Below are positions 1 through 13,080 of a DNA stretch of 64,000 nt, one piece after another. The notes beneath the pieces were generated by a model that was not told the origin of the DNA, searched no databases, and was given only the letters and a program-made list of their open reading frames with translations. Origin of the DNA: Zygnema circumcarinatum SAG 698-1b (Eukaryota > Plantae > Zygnematophyceae); the NCBI GenBank assembly GCA_037447605.1, contig CM074804.1, forward strand, positions 248,001 to 312,000, given 5' to 3'. Position 1 is the first letter of the stretch. Every line of letters starts with the position of its first letter. A program made the position numbers and the translations under genes.

Positions 1-699
1 CAAATGACATTCCACTTCAGCTCTCATTTAATTCTATTCGAAAGTGCATTTACATTCAAATTCATTCATACGTCATTTTCCTAGAAAGAATGAACAACTA
101 GACGCTCACACAGACGCCCAGCAGAGAGCTTCCTGTCGTCCGCATCTCCTCCCCTTGCTCTTGTTACTTTCATCATCGCCCATCGCCACTTCCACACAAT
201 CTCCTTCCAAGGCAGGCGACGACCAGGAGCACCGGACTCTCTCCCGGCCCCTCTCACTGCTCCCTCCCTGCCTATCTTTTTCTCACCCTTCTTTACCCTC
301 GTCACTCCCTCCCATCACTCTCTTTCTTCCCTGGACCATCTCCCCCCACTTTCTACTTGTCAATTCCTCTCCTCCCAATTCCTGTCCATCCCTACCGCCT
401 TCAATTTCCCTTGCACCGTCCGCCTTTTCCTCTGCCTCCCTCCCCATCTTGCTCCCAATTCACCACTTGCTCTCCCCCACCCTCCCTTCTCTTTCCCCTC
501 TTCCCGCCCCATTCACTCCTCCCCTCCCTCTCCCTGTCCCTCTCACTCGCCCTCTCCCTGTCCCTCTCGCTCGCCCTCTCCCTCTCCCCATGCTCTCCCT
601 CTCCCTCCCTTCCCTCCCCCGTCACCCTTGCATTTTCTCGTCCGCCTCTTCCCCCCTCATCCCCACTCCTATCCATTTCAACCTCCACTCCCCTCTCAC

Positions 700-1059
700 C
701 TGTCTCAGGGTCGTACTTAGACCACAGCTTGCTCCTGAACTCATGGTCGGCGTTCAGCAGCCGCACCCAAATGCGCTCCGACTTCTTCCCGTCCTCCGTC
801 ACCGCATTCAAAATGGACCCTCCGATGCCGGGCACCTGACAGAGGGAGATGCCGTTGTATATGAACAGAGTATTTTAGGGTGGATGCATTCGTATGATTT
901 TACACGTACCAAATCGTAAGTAAGAAACACATTCACTTTCTGCCCGTCACCCACCAAAAGCACCGGCGGAAGCTCTGCCCCCTCTCCCTCCTCCTCGTCG
1001 GGGGGGTCCCTCCTGCGCGGCCATGGAAGCGGCCATGGCAGGAAGCTCCGCGGCGCCAT
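700..1059 (-). CDS. LCAT4: LCAT-like 4 / phospholipase A (LCAT family), 5' exons only; gene continues leftwards out of the window
   Basis: Exon 1059-955 (MAPRSF...ELPPVLL) and exon 835-700 (VPGIGGSILNAVTEDGKKSERIWVRLLNADHEFRSKLWSKYDPETG), joined by a GT-AG intron at 954-836. PVLLVPGIxGSIL and ADHEFRxKxWS match plant LCAT4 as I recall it. Confidence 0.85.
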
Positions 1060-2179
1060 GACAGTGGTAGAGAGGCGAGAGGAGAGATAGGACAGGAAGG
1101 AACAGATGACGCCATTAGATTAAGAGGAAAATTTGGGCTGGCGAGGAGCAGGTTCCATGAGCTCCTGTTCGGCTGTCCGTCAACGACAGCACGTTCATAG
1201 AATTTGACCGCTCTGTTCCGTAACGCAATTACTGCCACGCGATAGAGCTCGCGAACCAGTCGGCTTATAGTTAAAAGCACCACTGTGTTGAACCAACCAT
1301 TGAATCTGAGTGAATCTTAACATGGTCATCTTGGTTCCCCATGTTGCTTTTGTCCATGTACATTTGATGGCCTCGCCGTCGTGCGACCAATGCCACTTCC
1401 CCCTCAAACATGGCCTTTCAGTAAGAAATAATCCAAGCCAATAAATTGAGACAAAAAAAGCAAGCAACTTGCAGGAAGACTTGCAGCAATGAAATGTTTG
1501 AAAGAGCCGCATGGCTAAGAGGGTGGCCACGTGTCAAGCCGGCTCGGATCGTAGGGCCTGGATTGCCGCTGACATGTAAAGTTTGACGGCTGAGATTTAT
1601 TTATTAAAATCCGTCAAAATCTGAGGGTTGATCCGTGGATCAGCGACCTAACCAACCATTGGCTTCAATGGTTGACAGACGTGACTACGGTAGTGGTTGC
1701 AACCAGTGCCATTGCCAACTATTGCAACCATTAACTGAGTTCACCGTACTGTACTTGTGTCCGTATACAGTATTGGCACGTACAGTACAGTACAGTATTG
1801 TACGATTTCATATTTTTTCGTACACGTGTACGGTCTGAGTGAGCAGTTGCAGGTGTGCAGGACAGGAGGGCGGAGAAGACAGCGCGGGGAGGGGGAAGCC
1901 ATGGCTGCCCCGGAGGGAAGCTGGGAGCGGCGCAGATCCGCCATGGCTGCTGCTGTACGAAAGCAGATCCATTAAGGGCGTCTCCGTAATCCTAGGAAAT
2001 CCGGAAAGCTGCGAGCTTTTTCTTTTCTGGGCCTCCTCCTTCTGCTACTAGTACTCCGCAGCCCTCTCTCCCTCCTTTATTTTTTCTTTCTTCCTACCTC
2101 AACATTCTTTCTTTTATCCTCCATCTCACTTTCCTCCCCTATCCCTCCGTCTTCTCATCCCCCTTTCCCTCCCCGTTTC

Positions 2180-2411
2180 CCTCTCCCCCTCGCTCTCGCT
2201 CTCCCTCTCCCTCTCCCTCTCCTTCTCCCTCTCCCTCTCCTTCTCCCTCTCCCTCTCCTTCTCCCTCTCCCTCTCCTTCTCCCTCTCCCTCTCCTTCTCC
2301 CTCTCCCTCTCCCTCTCCTTCTCCCTCTCCCTCTCCTTCTCCCTCTCCCTCTCCCTCTCCCTCTCCCTCTCCCTCTCCTTCTCCCTCTCCTTCTCCCTCT
2401 CCCTCTCCCTC
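2180..2411. repeat. (CCCTCT/CCTTCT)n hexamer microsatellite directly upstream of the ATG at 2422
   Basis: Read directly; it produces the spurious poly-GE ORF 2139..2546. Confidence 0.95.
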
Positions 2412-2421
2412 CCGCCCGGCG

Positions 2422-2762
2422 ATGAAAGCGGCCATGTCAGGGCGGCGCGGAGCGGGCCGGCGCGGCCCTGCAGGAGGGAAGACGCGGCGCGTGACAGTTG
2501 TCGGCGTGCTGGCTACGCTCGTGCTGCTCTGGCTGCTCGGTGTCACCGTCTGGCACTTTGGGGACCCCAGGTACTGCCATTCGGGACTCTTTCCCTTCTG
2601 CTATTTCACGCAGCTCTTGCTGATCATTCTGATGTTTAGTTGTTCGGAGCATCCGCATCACTCGAATTGTTTGAATTTTCGTAAAAAATGTTCAAATGTC
2701 TGGTGGCAAGTGTGGATGTGAGGTTTCTCCTGGCTGTTGCATTCTGTAGGTTTCGTGTCCGT

Positions 2763-2851
<89 letters not shown>

Positions 2852-5800
2852 GGAGGGGGGGGAGAGAGGGACATGCGATAAGAGATCGAGCGGGAGAGGA
2901 GAGATGAAAACGAGAGAGAGAAAGGGAGACAGAGAAATAGAGATGGAGATAGAATAAACTGGCCGAAAGCGCTTGAAATGTACAGCTTGTCCTGTATATA
3001 CTCATTACATGTGCAAGAAGCTAGAGCACATCACTTGAATAGTGAGTCTGTGATCCTTTTGAAAAGAAATGGGCCGTTTTTTAATGGTCAAATAGTTTCG
3101 CAAACTTTGAGATCTGTCTTTTTTAGGCTTTCCGATTTTCAGGAGTGTCGGACAAACAGCAGTCGATCAACTTGATACAGAAAGGGCATAAACCCTTCCT
3201 TGGGTTTTCCATGTAATACCTCGGTGTTTGCTTTCTCAACATCCTTCTCATAACTCTTCCTATTCCACTGCTTTTGAGGGTGCTTGCAGTTCCTTATTTT
3301 TTTCGTCGGTTAAAAAGGAAACGCCTCAAGTACCGTTGGATGAGACTATTAAAGTAAGCAGCCCAGAGATGGGAAATGTTGATATCTCTCAGAGGCTTCC
3401 GGCACCGGAGGATACTATAGAAAACGGAGAGGAGAAAAAACCAGAGGGGGGTTTAGATTCACCGTCTGGCCCGCATGATGTTGTGGAGGATGAGGCGAAA
3501 GTAGGAGAGATCGATGCGAGTCAATTTCTTGATAAGGCGGAGGATGGCAAGGTGTTGGGTACTGAGGAGAAAGAAGAAGAGAGAGGGAGGGAAATTCAGA
3601 AAGAGATTGAGATTAAGATGGCGGCAAAAGAGGCAGGCTGGGGGGATGAAGGAGGTGATGAAGGAAAAGGGGAGATGAGGAATATGGGCGAGAGTGAGAC
3701 GGGAGAGGCGGTCGATAAAGGAGTAGCTGAGAAAGAGCAGGGGGATAGCAGTCGAGGTGGTGAAAATTTAGGGCTTTCTGAGGAACTTGAGAAAGGGGAG
3801 AAAGGGAGGAGTAGAGTAGGAGTGACGTTTGGAGATGAGAAGGAGGAGGCTAGTGAGGAGGGACTCCCGAAAACTCTGGAAAACATAAGAAGTGAGAAGG
3901 AAAGGAGGCAGAGAGAAGAGGAAGGCTTTGGGGATGAGGAGGAAGGTGAAAAGGTAATTGCGACAGGCGGGAGGGGTAGTGGGAGGGACAGCAAAATGAG
4001 TGGAAATGGTTGGGATGAGGAGGAGAACGAGGAAGGTCAGAATGCAAGGAATGATGGAAGGCAGGTTGTGGACGACGAGGAGGGAGGGCTTGGGGAGAAT
4101 GAAAGAAAAGAGAAAGAGAGAATTGAGGAAGATATGAGGAATGAGATTGGAGGGCGAGAAAGTTTTGAGAGAGCCAAGTTGCGCTTTAGTCGGAAAATGT
4201 TGCCAGATTTCCGTGGAAACGAGGATGACTTTTCTAAGGTAAAATTGGAGAAGGAATCAGGCTTTGGAAGAGGTCAAACTGCAGGAAATGGAATGGATAT
4301 GGAAGGACGTGAAGGTGTTGATCAGGCGGGAGATGCTGAGGACGGAGACGAAGCTGGAGCCGGCGATAAAGTTAGAGGGACGAGAGAGGCGCTGGAAGTC
4401 AGAGAGAGAGCCTTAGGAGAGGAGGAGGATGAGAGCGACGGGCAATCAGAAAACGGTCGAGGTGGATTCTCAAGTCGAGGAAGGGAATATAGGGGGGCAT
4501 CACAGATGCAAGAAGACGAAGAGAAAGAAGGTTTTCCATCTCGGCGAGGTCAAGAAGTGGAGGAACAAGAGGAACATACTGCAGATATACCCAAGGAGGT
4601 TGGTGAAACTAGAAGGCGCACAAGAATTCCTGTCGATGGAGCGGGAGAGCGAAATGTTGAGGACGAGGGAGAGTGGAGAAAAGGCCTTGTTGATGAAGAC
4701 GGAGTGGGAAATGGTGCAGGTGGAGAGAAAGGAGGTGAGGGACAGCAAGGAGAAGAGGGAGATAGAGCAGGAGCAGGAGTGAGAGTGGGGGATGGCGAGA
4801 GAGAAGGAGAGGATATAGGTGTGAAGGTAGAGGACGGTGGTTCAGTGGACGATGATGATGACTTCGAAGGTGAAGCTGAAGGAAACCTGCGGAAAAGCCT
4901 CATAGGCTCCAATGACGTCAAGATTCAGGAGGCGAAAATTGCAGGTAAGATTATATAATGGTCACCCCCTTCACCCACCTTTTCTCTCTCTCCCTCCACT
5001 CTCTCCCTGTCCCACCCCATCCGTCCCCGTCTTCGTCCACCTTCCGCTCCCCCTCCCGGTTCCCCTCCCGCTCCCCCTCCCTCTCCCTCTCCCTCTCCCC
5101 CTGCCTCCCCCGCTCCCCCTCCCCCTCGCCCTCCCCCNNNNNNNNNNTCTTGTCCTCTCGCTCTCTGTCTTTCTCCCTCTTTCTAACTTTGCAGCCCCTC
5201 TCCCTTTCCCCAATCCAATTGGGACGTTCGCCCATACACCACACCTCCTTTTCTTATTTTGACTTCACTGAGATAAGGATTTGTGAGAAGGTTTTTGTAA
5301 GACTCTTCACCTTAGTGATTTTGACCTAAAATTGACCTAGGATGCTCATGCTACTGTAGGTGAGGGAGAGGAACATGATGAGGAGCCTGAAAGGCTGAGC
5401 ATTCCGGGAAGCAGCATTAAGGACGCTGCGGAGGTGATAAGGGTTGAGGAAACTCTGCATTGCCTCAGCCACGAGGGAAGATGGATATACAACTCGGCTC
5501 CTCGATGGCTCCCATGGGACTTGAATCCGTTGGATAATCCCGAACACCCGAACTATCAAACATGTGACGAGCTCTTTGTTAAGGAGTAAGTGCTGCGAGG
5601 TTGAAATGGAGTAACTCACAACCTTTTTATAAGCTATTGATGAATTGCTAAACTATGAGGAGAGGCTTTTGGTCTGTAAGTTGCTGACGGAGTTCTGGAA
5701 TTTTCTTGTCCATATCATTCAGACTGACAGAGAGAGAGGGGAAAAGAGATAGAGAAGGATGGTTGCAGAGGGAGAGAATGCCTGGTAGGGAAGGTAGAAA

Positions 5801-8800
5801 GAGAGAGAGGGAGACTGCTGTCTTCAGAATCTGTAACCGAACGAGAGGCTTGAATAAAAATGCCTCGAGACTGAGAATTCTCAAAATGTCCTGCAGGTCT
5901 GGAGGCGTATATGGGGAAAAAGCAGAGATGGCTCGCATCCATGGGCGAACCTGGAAAGTCCGCGAAGCGTTGCTGTATGAATGGCATACGGTTGGGCATG
6001 GCTGCTCCTTTGAGCAGTTCAATAGGGAGGGATTTTGTCAAGTAATCGGAGGTCGGAATGTAGTGGTAGTGGGTGATTCCTTCTCTCTCGACTTTCATGA
6101 TGCGCTGCTGAACCATCTCGTGACTGCAAAGCAGCGCTCTACCTCGGGCTGGCTCGCAGACGCTTGGTGAGTTCTCTCTTTCTCCCACTCTCCCTCCCTC
6201 TCCCTCTCCCTCTCCCTCTCCCTCTCCCTCTCTTACTCTCTATATCTCTCCCTCTCTTTGTCACTCTCTTCCTTTGCCCCCCCAGTTGTGGCCACCACTG
6301 GCAACTCATATGTTGAGTGAAAAACATACATAGACTTCTCCGGTGCATGAACAGGCGAGAGAGAGAGAGATAAAGAGAGGAGAGAAAAAGAGAGGGAGGG
6401 AAAAAGGAGACGTGCATACCAAAGTTGAATCACACACCTATTCGCCCTCCAAATTTCTTAGCTCTTAAAGTTGGTAAACCTGCGGAATCTCCAAAATTAT
6501 TACAATTTGAGGACCCTCAAATACGCAAAACATTCACTAACTGTGAGGCTAGATGTGTGGAGCAGGGGAAAGCACATCAGGCAGCCATGCCATCTCGAGG
6601 GCCACCAACTATGCACTGATGTTCAAGGAGCTGCCGGAGGTTTTGAACTGAGGGTGGTTCTGAACCCTTTCCTCACTCCTGACACGGGTGAACCCTCCTG
6701 GCACAACAAGCGATGGGTTCACAAACTTAAGGAGTGGAATACAGGGGTTCTTGTTCTGAATCGAGGAAGCCGCTTCCGAGAAAGTGAGCCAACATTTCCC
6801 TTCAAAATGGAACCTTTGCAGCTCCAATGAATTATGTACAACCCTTCAAACTTAGGAAGTTCCAAGTGTGCTCGAAACCTTTACTTTTCAGCTTTAATTT
6901 CGAGAAAAGGGCTAAATGGAAGGGACAATGGCGATCCTTCTGTTCACTTGATCTTGGAGGCGCTTTGTTTAGGCTTATGCAGTGTAATTTGATAGGGAAG
7001 TGCATGCAGGGTTTTTTCGGGTTAAACATTAAAAGACACAAGTGGAACAGTGAAGGAATAGCAGCAGATGTTTTAGTCAATAGTGCAAGCTGAGACTCGT
7101 GTGTGATTTAGAGTCTCGAGGTTTCTGAAGGCCTTTGCATAATGGATTTTTAATGCTTTTGGCATTTTGTAAAGCAATGCTCGTACAAGTGGGCTTGATT
7201 CTTACTTGGAGTTGCGGTTGCGCGGTTGCCGAACGCAGCGGAGGAGCTCCTTCGGGATGTGCGCGAAACTCTTACAGCTGTCCGTACACTCTTTCCGGAT
7301 TTGCTCATCATTTGGAGGAACACTGCAGGGGGGCATCCCAGCTGCCATGTGCACTGGGCACCCTTATCAGAACGCATGGACCCGAAAAATGTGGTGTTTC
7401 CTCTCAACTGGCATAGACATCCCGAGCAGAACGAAGCGATACAACCTCTACTGAAGGTATGTTTGAATGTCTTTATACTAAAGAACTGAACTTAAGAACT
7501 GAAGAACTGAGGAACTGAGGTTAAGAACTGGTTATAGTAACATAGCGCTTGTAAGGCCTTGAGCATTGGCAGCCAACATGATTCACTACGATGCTGCAAT
7601 ACGTTTAACTATCCAAGTTATCCAGGAAACCTGAAGTGTTCGAACTCGAAATTGCAGGAATTTGGAGTGGTGTACATGGACATAGAGACCGCTACTTCGT
7701 TACGACCGGATGGGCATCATGTGCGGTTTGATGGAACTGTTGACTGCCATCATTACTGCATGCCGGGACCCCTCGACCACTGGGTATCCATGTTTTATAA
7801 CGTCCTTCTGCAATTGGAACGAGGGAAGTCGGAGAAGGAGTTGGAAGAGGAGGAGGAGGCAGAGGGGAAAGAGACTGGAGGAGGTGACTCCTTCAGAAGG
7901 GAGGGGACTGTCAGAGCCATCACCCCCCATCACCTCGATGATGACGAGAGGAGAGGAGAGGCTACAAGTAAGGGTGAAGACTCCATAGGGAGTGAGGAGA
8001 AAGGAAACAAGGAAACTTGGCGTGAAGGGAGGACTGAAGTCGTGGATGAGGAGGAACGGGGTAGGGGATTGTTGCCAGGGACGAACAAGAATACTCAGTT
8101 TCAAATGGGAATGCGTCAAGAACGAGCAGAAGGAAATGTGGAGCGCAGAGATCAGGAAGATGCATTCGATTTCACGGAAAGGAACAGGGGTTTTGAGGGG
8201 CAGGGCTTGGAACGAGGAGCTGAGCAAGAGAGGATACTAAAGGTTGGAGGGGAGAAGTGGGAAGCTGGTGAGGGAGAGGAGGAAGGCAAGAGGTTTGTCA
8301 AGGGTAAGCCTCTTGGTGACAAATCTGGAGCATCCGAGAGAGAGAATGAAAGGGAAGATGAAGACAATGATGAGGACTTGGAGGGGAGGGAGAAGGGAAG
8401 AAGTGAGACGAACGAGAGAGGAAATGAGTGGACCGCCGAGAAAAGCAATGTTTCTGAAGAGAAAGTGGAGGGGGAGGAGGCTGAACGACAAGGTGTGGGA
8501 GAGAAGCGGGTGACGATAGTTACTGAGCGAGGAGGCCGAGAGGAGGATGAGACGCGGCAGAGGGTGGTGACTGGAGAAGGAAAGGAGGAAATGGAAGAGA
8601 AGGAATGGAGAGAGGCGCTTGAGAGGTCTAGAAATTCTAAAAATGAAGACATTCCCGAGGGAGACATGGTGACGACTGTAGACAGTGAGAGGGAAGTTGC
8701 GGATGTGAGGGATGCTGACGACAGTGATTTTGGTGATGCAAGAAAGAGTGGTCAGGAAGAGGCGAAAAGCACCACTGGGGAGGCAGAGGAAAGCAGTGAT

Positions 8801-11130
8801 AGCAGGCTACAGGGTTTGCTTGGCAAAGAAATAGATATGGGAGGGGGTGTGCGAGAGAGGATTCGAGAAGATGGTGAGAGAGATGTTGATGGTGGTGTTA
8901 ATGATGCAAAGAAGGGTGAGCAGGAGTCTGAAAGCAGCACAAGCGGAGAAGGCGGCAATCGTTCAAGCAGGATGAATGACTCCCAGGTTAATGAAATGGA
9001 GTTGAGAGGGGTGGTTGTGGGAGAGGAGGGGGCGGAGACGGTGAGAGGTGTGGGGGGAGAGGAGGATGAGGGAGGCGCTCAATCTTCCTGGCGTGAAACT
9101 GCAGATGGTGGTGATGCGATAAGAGGAGGTGAAGGTGTGTTAGGGAAAGGGGATGGTGTGATAATAGGTGGTGAAAGCGATGTGCGAGGTAGGGAAGATG
9201 AAGGTGGGCAAGCTGCTGGAAAGGGTACAGGAGGAGATGATGAAGTTGGTAAAGGTGATGTGAAGGATGTTGGTGATGTTGGTGGAGATGAGGCATCACA
9301 AGAGAAGGAAACGGGAGAGGAAAAAGAGAAGCAACCGGAACCGATGAATCAAGATCAGAGCTTACAACTTGATGGCGGTTCCACTTCCCAACCACTTGAA
9401 AAGTCTGGCGATAGTCAGGAGAGTCTGATAGGGGCTGAAGGGGCTAAGCAAGGAAATTCGACTGAAGAGGAGGGTTCTTCTGCAGAGAACAGCAGCAGCC
9501 GACAGGAGACAGGAGGTGATGTGATGGAAGGGAAGGTGGAAGTGAGTGATGTTAATGTGGGAGACGTTGTTAGAGAGGCAAAGGAGGATGAGGCAGTAGG
9601 GGAGAAAAGAGTGGAGGATGCGGATGCAGAACAAGTGCAAGGGCAGAGAGAGGCTGCTGAGAAGATAGGGGAAGCGGAGTCGAATGTCAAAAGTATTGAT
9701 AACTCTGGAAACACAGGATTTGGTGAACTTACGGCTATTAACGCGTCCGGCAATGCTACTGAGACTGCAGTGACAGGACCGCAAGGGGATAAGCAGGGAA
9801 GCTTGTTGTCTGAAGCAGGGGTGCTTCCAGAAAGTAAGGAGGAAGAGGGGAAGACTGTCGTACATGATGCGTCGGAAGATATCGAATTTCTTGAGGTACA
9901 ACCTGCGACTAAGGAGGGAGGTGCAGACGAAGTGAAAGGAGAGGGAGAGGGTGCGAAGGACGGCGAAAAAGGGAAGAGCAGCGCTTCTTCTGAAGGTGAG
10001 ACTGTGAGAGCGAGAGTCGTAGGCTTAGGGCTAGCAGTTGGGTGGGTTCTTGGATGGAAAAACAAAGTTATGGGTCCTATTCCTATTTTGTTAAAGTGTC
10101 CAACCTTAACTGACAATGGAAACAACCTAAACTTCTTTAACGTTAAGAAGCCCACAAACCTGAAAACTCTGATAAATCGGTCGGTTAATCGGTTAATAGC
10201 AATTATAAACCTGGTTTTATAATCGTGTGCAGGCTTGCCAGCAAAAGTTTCAAGACCGCCTGTTGCGAACGCTACCAAGTTCAGTGCTTACATTCCGGGG
10301 ACCAATGTGAACAGCCCAGAGCAGGTTCAGAGTGTGGAAAGGACCCTTTCATGCTTCAGTTCTGAAGGGCGTTGGGTGTACAACAAAACTCCTCGATGGG
10401 TTCCATGGGATTTAAATCCTCAAGATCATAGACAGCAACCCGATTATAAGTCGTGCGATATCGACCACAAGAAGTAAGTCAACTGTACTCTTTGTTTTTT
10501 TAGGGCTTGTAGTATTTAAGCCATTTGATAGTTTCGTAGAGCGTTGAGGTTTCTTAATGTTTACACACTTGCTGTGACCATCGTATGGATGCTATCAACG
10601 GGAAGTTACATCTTCGCTCTCGTTCCTCTTCCTCTGCCTTCGTTCCTCTCCCTCCCTACCTTTCCCTTCTCCATGTCGCCCATTCTGCACTTTCACACAC
10701 TCCCGCTTGCTGTCCCTCTCCCTTCTTCTCTCTCATTTTGGGCTCACTCTCTCACTTCGTCCCTCTTCCCGACCGCTTGAACTTGAAACTCATAGAAACA
10801 GATATAGAAACTGATCAAGGTAAGGAGGGTCGGTTTTGGCCTTTCAGACACCACGGTGGTGTGTACGGCGAGGATGCGGACAAAGAGTGGAAGAAGGGCG
10901 AATCTGGAAAATGGAGGGTTCGCAGGGAAATTAAATATGAATGGCGAACGAAATCTTGCAATTTCGAACAGTTCAACCGGGAGAGATTTTGTCGCGAGGT
11001 CGGAAAGCGGAACATAGTGATAGTGGGAGACGCTGCCCAACTGCAACTTCATGATGCCATGCTCAATCATCTCGTGACAAGCGAAACGAGAGCCGCAGCA
11101 GGCTGGCTAGGGGACGCCAGGTCTCTCCCC

Positions 11131-11200
<70 letters not shown>

Positions 11201-12135
11201 TCTCTCTCTCTCTCTCACTCTCGTTGATCCTCGATTTTCTAATTCCCGTTTGTTCACATAGTTGTTACGTTGCTCCGTTGAAAGTAAGAAGAAAAGCTTA
11301 GCTCAGATCTAGTCACAGCGATGGCGCGTGCGGGCGGGCGCATGAGAGAAAAAGGGGGAGGGAGAGGAGAAAGAGTGAGAGAGCGGGAGAGAGTGTGTGA
11401 GAGAGAGAGGGATTAGGTTACTCATTTGAGAGTATGTCTTTTTGTGTGGAGCAGAGCAAACAAGTCGGAGGGTGCTTGCGCTTTAAGGGGTCATCAGCTC
11501 TGCGGAGACATCCTTGGAGGAGAGGGAGTGAACGTCCGAGTAGTAAGGAACAACCTCCTCTCTCCCGACAAAGCGGGAGGAGGGGGAGCCAACAACAAGT
11601 GGCTCCGCCAACTCGGGAAGTGGAATGCCGATATTGTCATTCTCAACAGGGGAGCGGTGTACAGACCAAGTAAGGAGGGAGAGAATGGGAGATGGGAGTG
11701 AGTGGAGCGGGCAGAGGGAAATAGGGAAGGGTGAGAGTGACCAGGCAAGAGACAATGCGGGCGAGAGAAAGGGAGGTTTGTGGTTCAAAGCTGCGAGATA
11801 GATTTCTTCGGTTTGGGGGAATGAAAATTTATCGTTTTTTACCACTGTGGTTGATTTCTTTGAACTGAGATTGGTCTCGTTCTATGTGGTTGCTGCAGTG
11901 GGCGTATTTGTTGAGCAGTTAAGGGAAATGCTGGAAAAGCTCCGTTCGACTTATCCGGAAGTTCTCATCCTGTGGCGAAACACTCCTCAGGGTCACCCGG
12001 AATGTGGAAAATATGTTGAGGCGTTGAAGAAGCCGTTAGTGAATATTACAGGACAGAATTGGGAGCACTATCCTGCGCAGAATGATGCAGCAAAGCAGCT
12101 CATGAAGGTACCAAACCCACTTCTCTCTCTCTTTC

Positions 12136-12173
<38 letters not shown>

Positions 12174-12525
12174 GTGCGTGTGTGTCAGGGTAGGTGTGGG
12201 GGTGGATGTGAGCAAGCGAATGTGAGCGTTTGCAGGAGCGGAGTGTGAGTGAGGGCCTTAAGGAACTGATGATGATTTGTCCGAATGCTAATTCTTACCT
12301 TTGCATGGAGGAATGGAATTTCAGGAATATGGAGCTGTGTATGTGGATGTGGCTACTCCCACAGCCCTAAGACCGGACGGGCACCACCTTCTCCCTGACG
12401 GCACACGCGACTGCGTAAATTATTGCTCTCCCGGACCCATCGACCAATGGGTGACACTCATTTACAACACAATCCTCACCCTTAACAGACATTCTTCCTC
12501 CCCGAAATCAGCAGTCAAAGCTTAA
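2422..12525 (+). CDS. Type II membrane protein (~2070 aa) with two tandem TBL/PC-esterase (SGNH) domains, each preceded by a long acidic low-complexity stem
   Basis: 12 exons, all GT-AG with matching phases: 2422-2570, 3290-4944, 5360-5585, 5897-6166, 6566-6783, 7239-7456, 7658-9995, 10233-10473, 10848-11120, 11455-11669, 11899-12107, 12325-12525 (6213 nt). N-terminal anchor VTVVGVLATLVLLWLLGVTVW. Domain 1: GCSFEQFNREGFC..VVVGDS, WRNT, RPDGHH, DCHHYCMPGP. Domain 2: SCNFEQFNRERFC..VIVGDA, WRNT, RPDGHH, DCVNYCSPGP. Confidence 0.88.
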
Positions 12526-13080
12526 GGGTGGGGAAATCTGGCGCAACCAAAAGGGTAAGATACTCAAGCTCGATGGGGGGAGAGAGAGGGAAAGTGAGAC
12601 GGAAAGGAGGGTAGGCAGAGAGAGACAGAGAGAGGGGAAGAAAGCGGGGGAAGGGACCTGTTCTTTGTTGCTGAGAAGGGCACGTCTTCGACATAATCTC
12701 CTTTTGTCGACGTGTTGGCATTCGCTTGCTCTATAAGAACATGGGTTTCCTGAACCCCTACTCCCCTTAACTGCTAAGGACAGCTTTACTTCACAGATTC
12801 CGAGTGCCTTTGCGTTCACCTCAAATGAAGTGCTCACCAAGGGAAGTGGACTCGACTTGACTTGTGCGAGAATGTGATCCTATTGACTTAGGGCTTCGTG
12901 ATGAGGGAACAGGTGGCTTCCTCCTGATTGGTCCATTTCCTACCAAGTGTTGTTCCATGTAGGAGCTAGTTCCTTGCGCCGATGTAGAGGACGGAGGTCT
13001 GTCATTCTTAACTAGCCTGGTAAAAGTAGCACCTGAATTTTGCCCTAGATGATTTAGTGGCTGAACGAGTGTCAGGAGCT
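12508..13080 (-). other. Candidate 3' exons of an unrecognised minus-strand gene, overlapping the TBL stop codon
   Basis: Phase-consistent chain 13080-13033, 12998-12838, 12770-12658, 12537-12508 (ends ISPPLSFDC*). Two implied introns (34 and 67 nt) are shorter than any in the well-supported genes here, and I recognise no homology. Confidence 0.2.

Noticed and set aside
1901-1975. Short upstream ORF (MAAPEGSWERRRSAMAAAVRKQIH) before the TBL gene
   Set aside because: The transcription start is unknown, so it cannot be called a uORF.
2139-2546. Poly-GE ORF
   Set aside because: Product of the (CCCTCT)n microsatellite on the strand opposite the real gene.
7700-10278. Long Ser/Pro/Phe-rich antisense ORFs opposite the acidic exons (also 3596-4921)
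   Set aside because: Shadow frames of purine-rich coding sequence.
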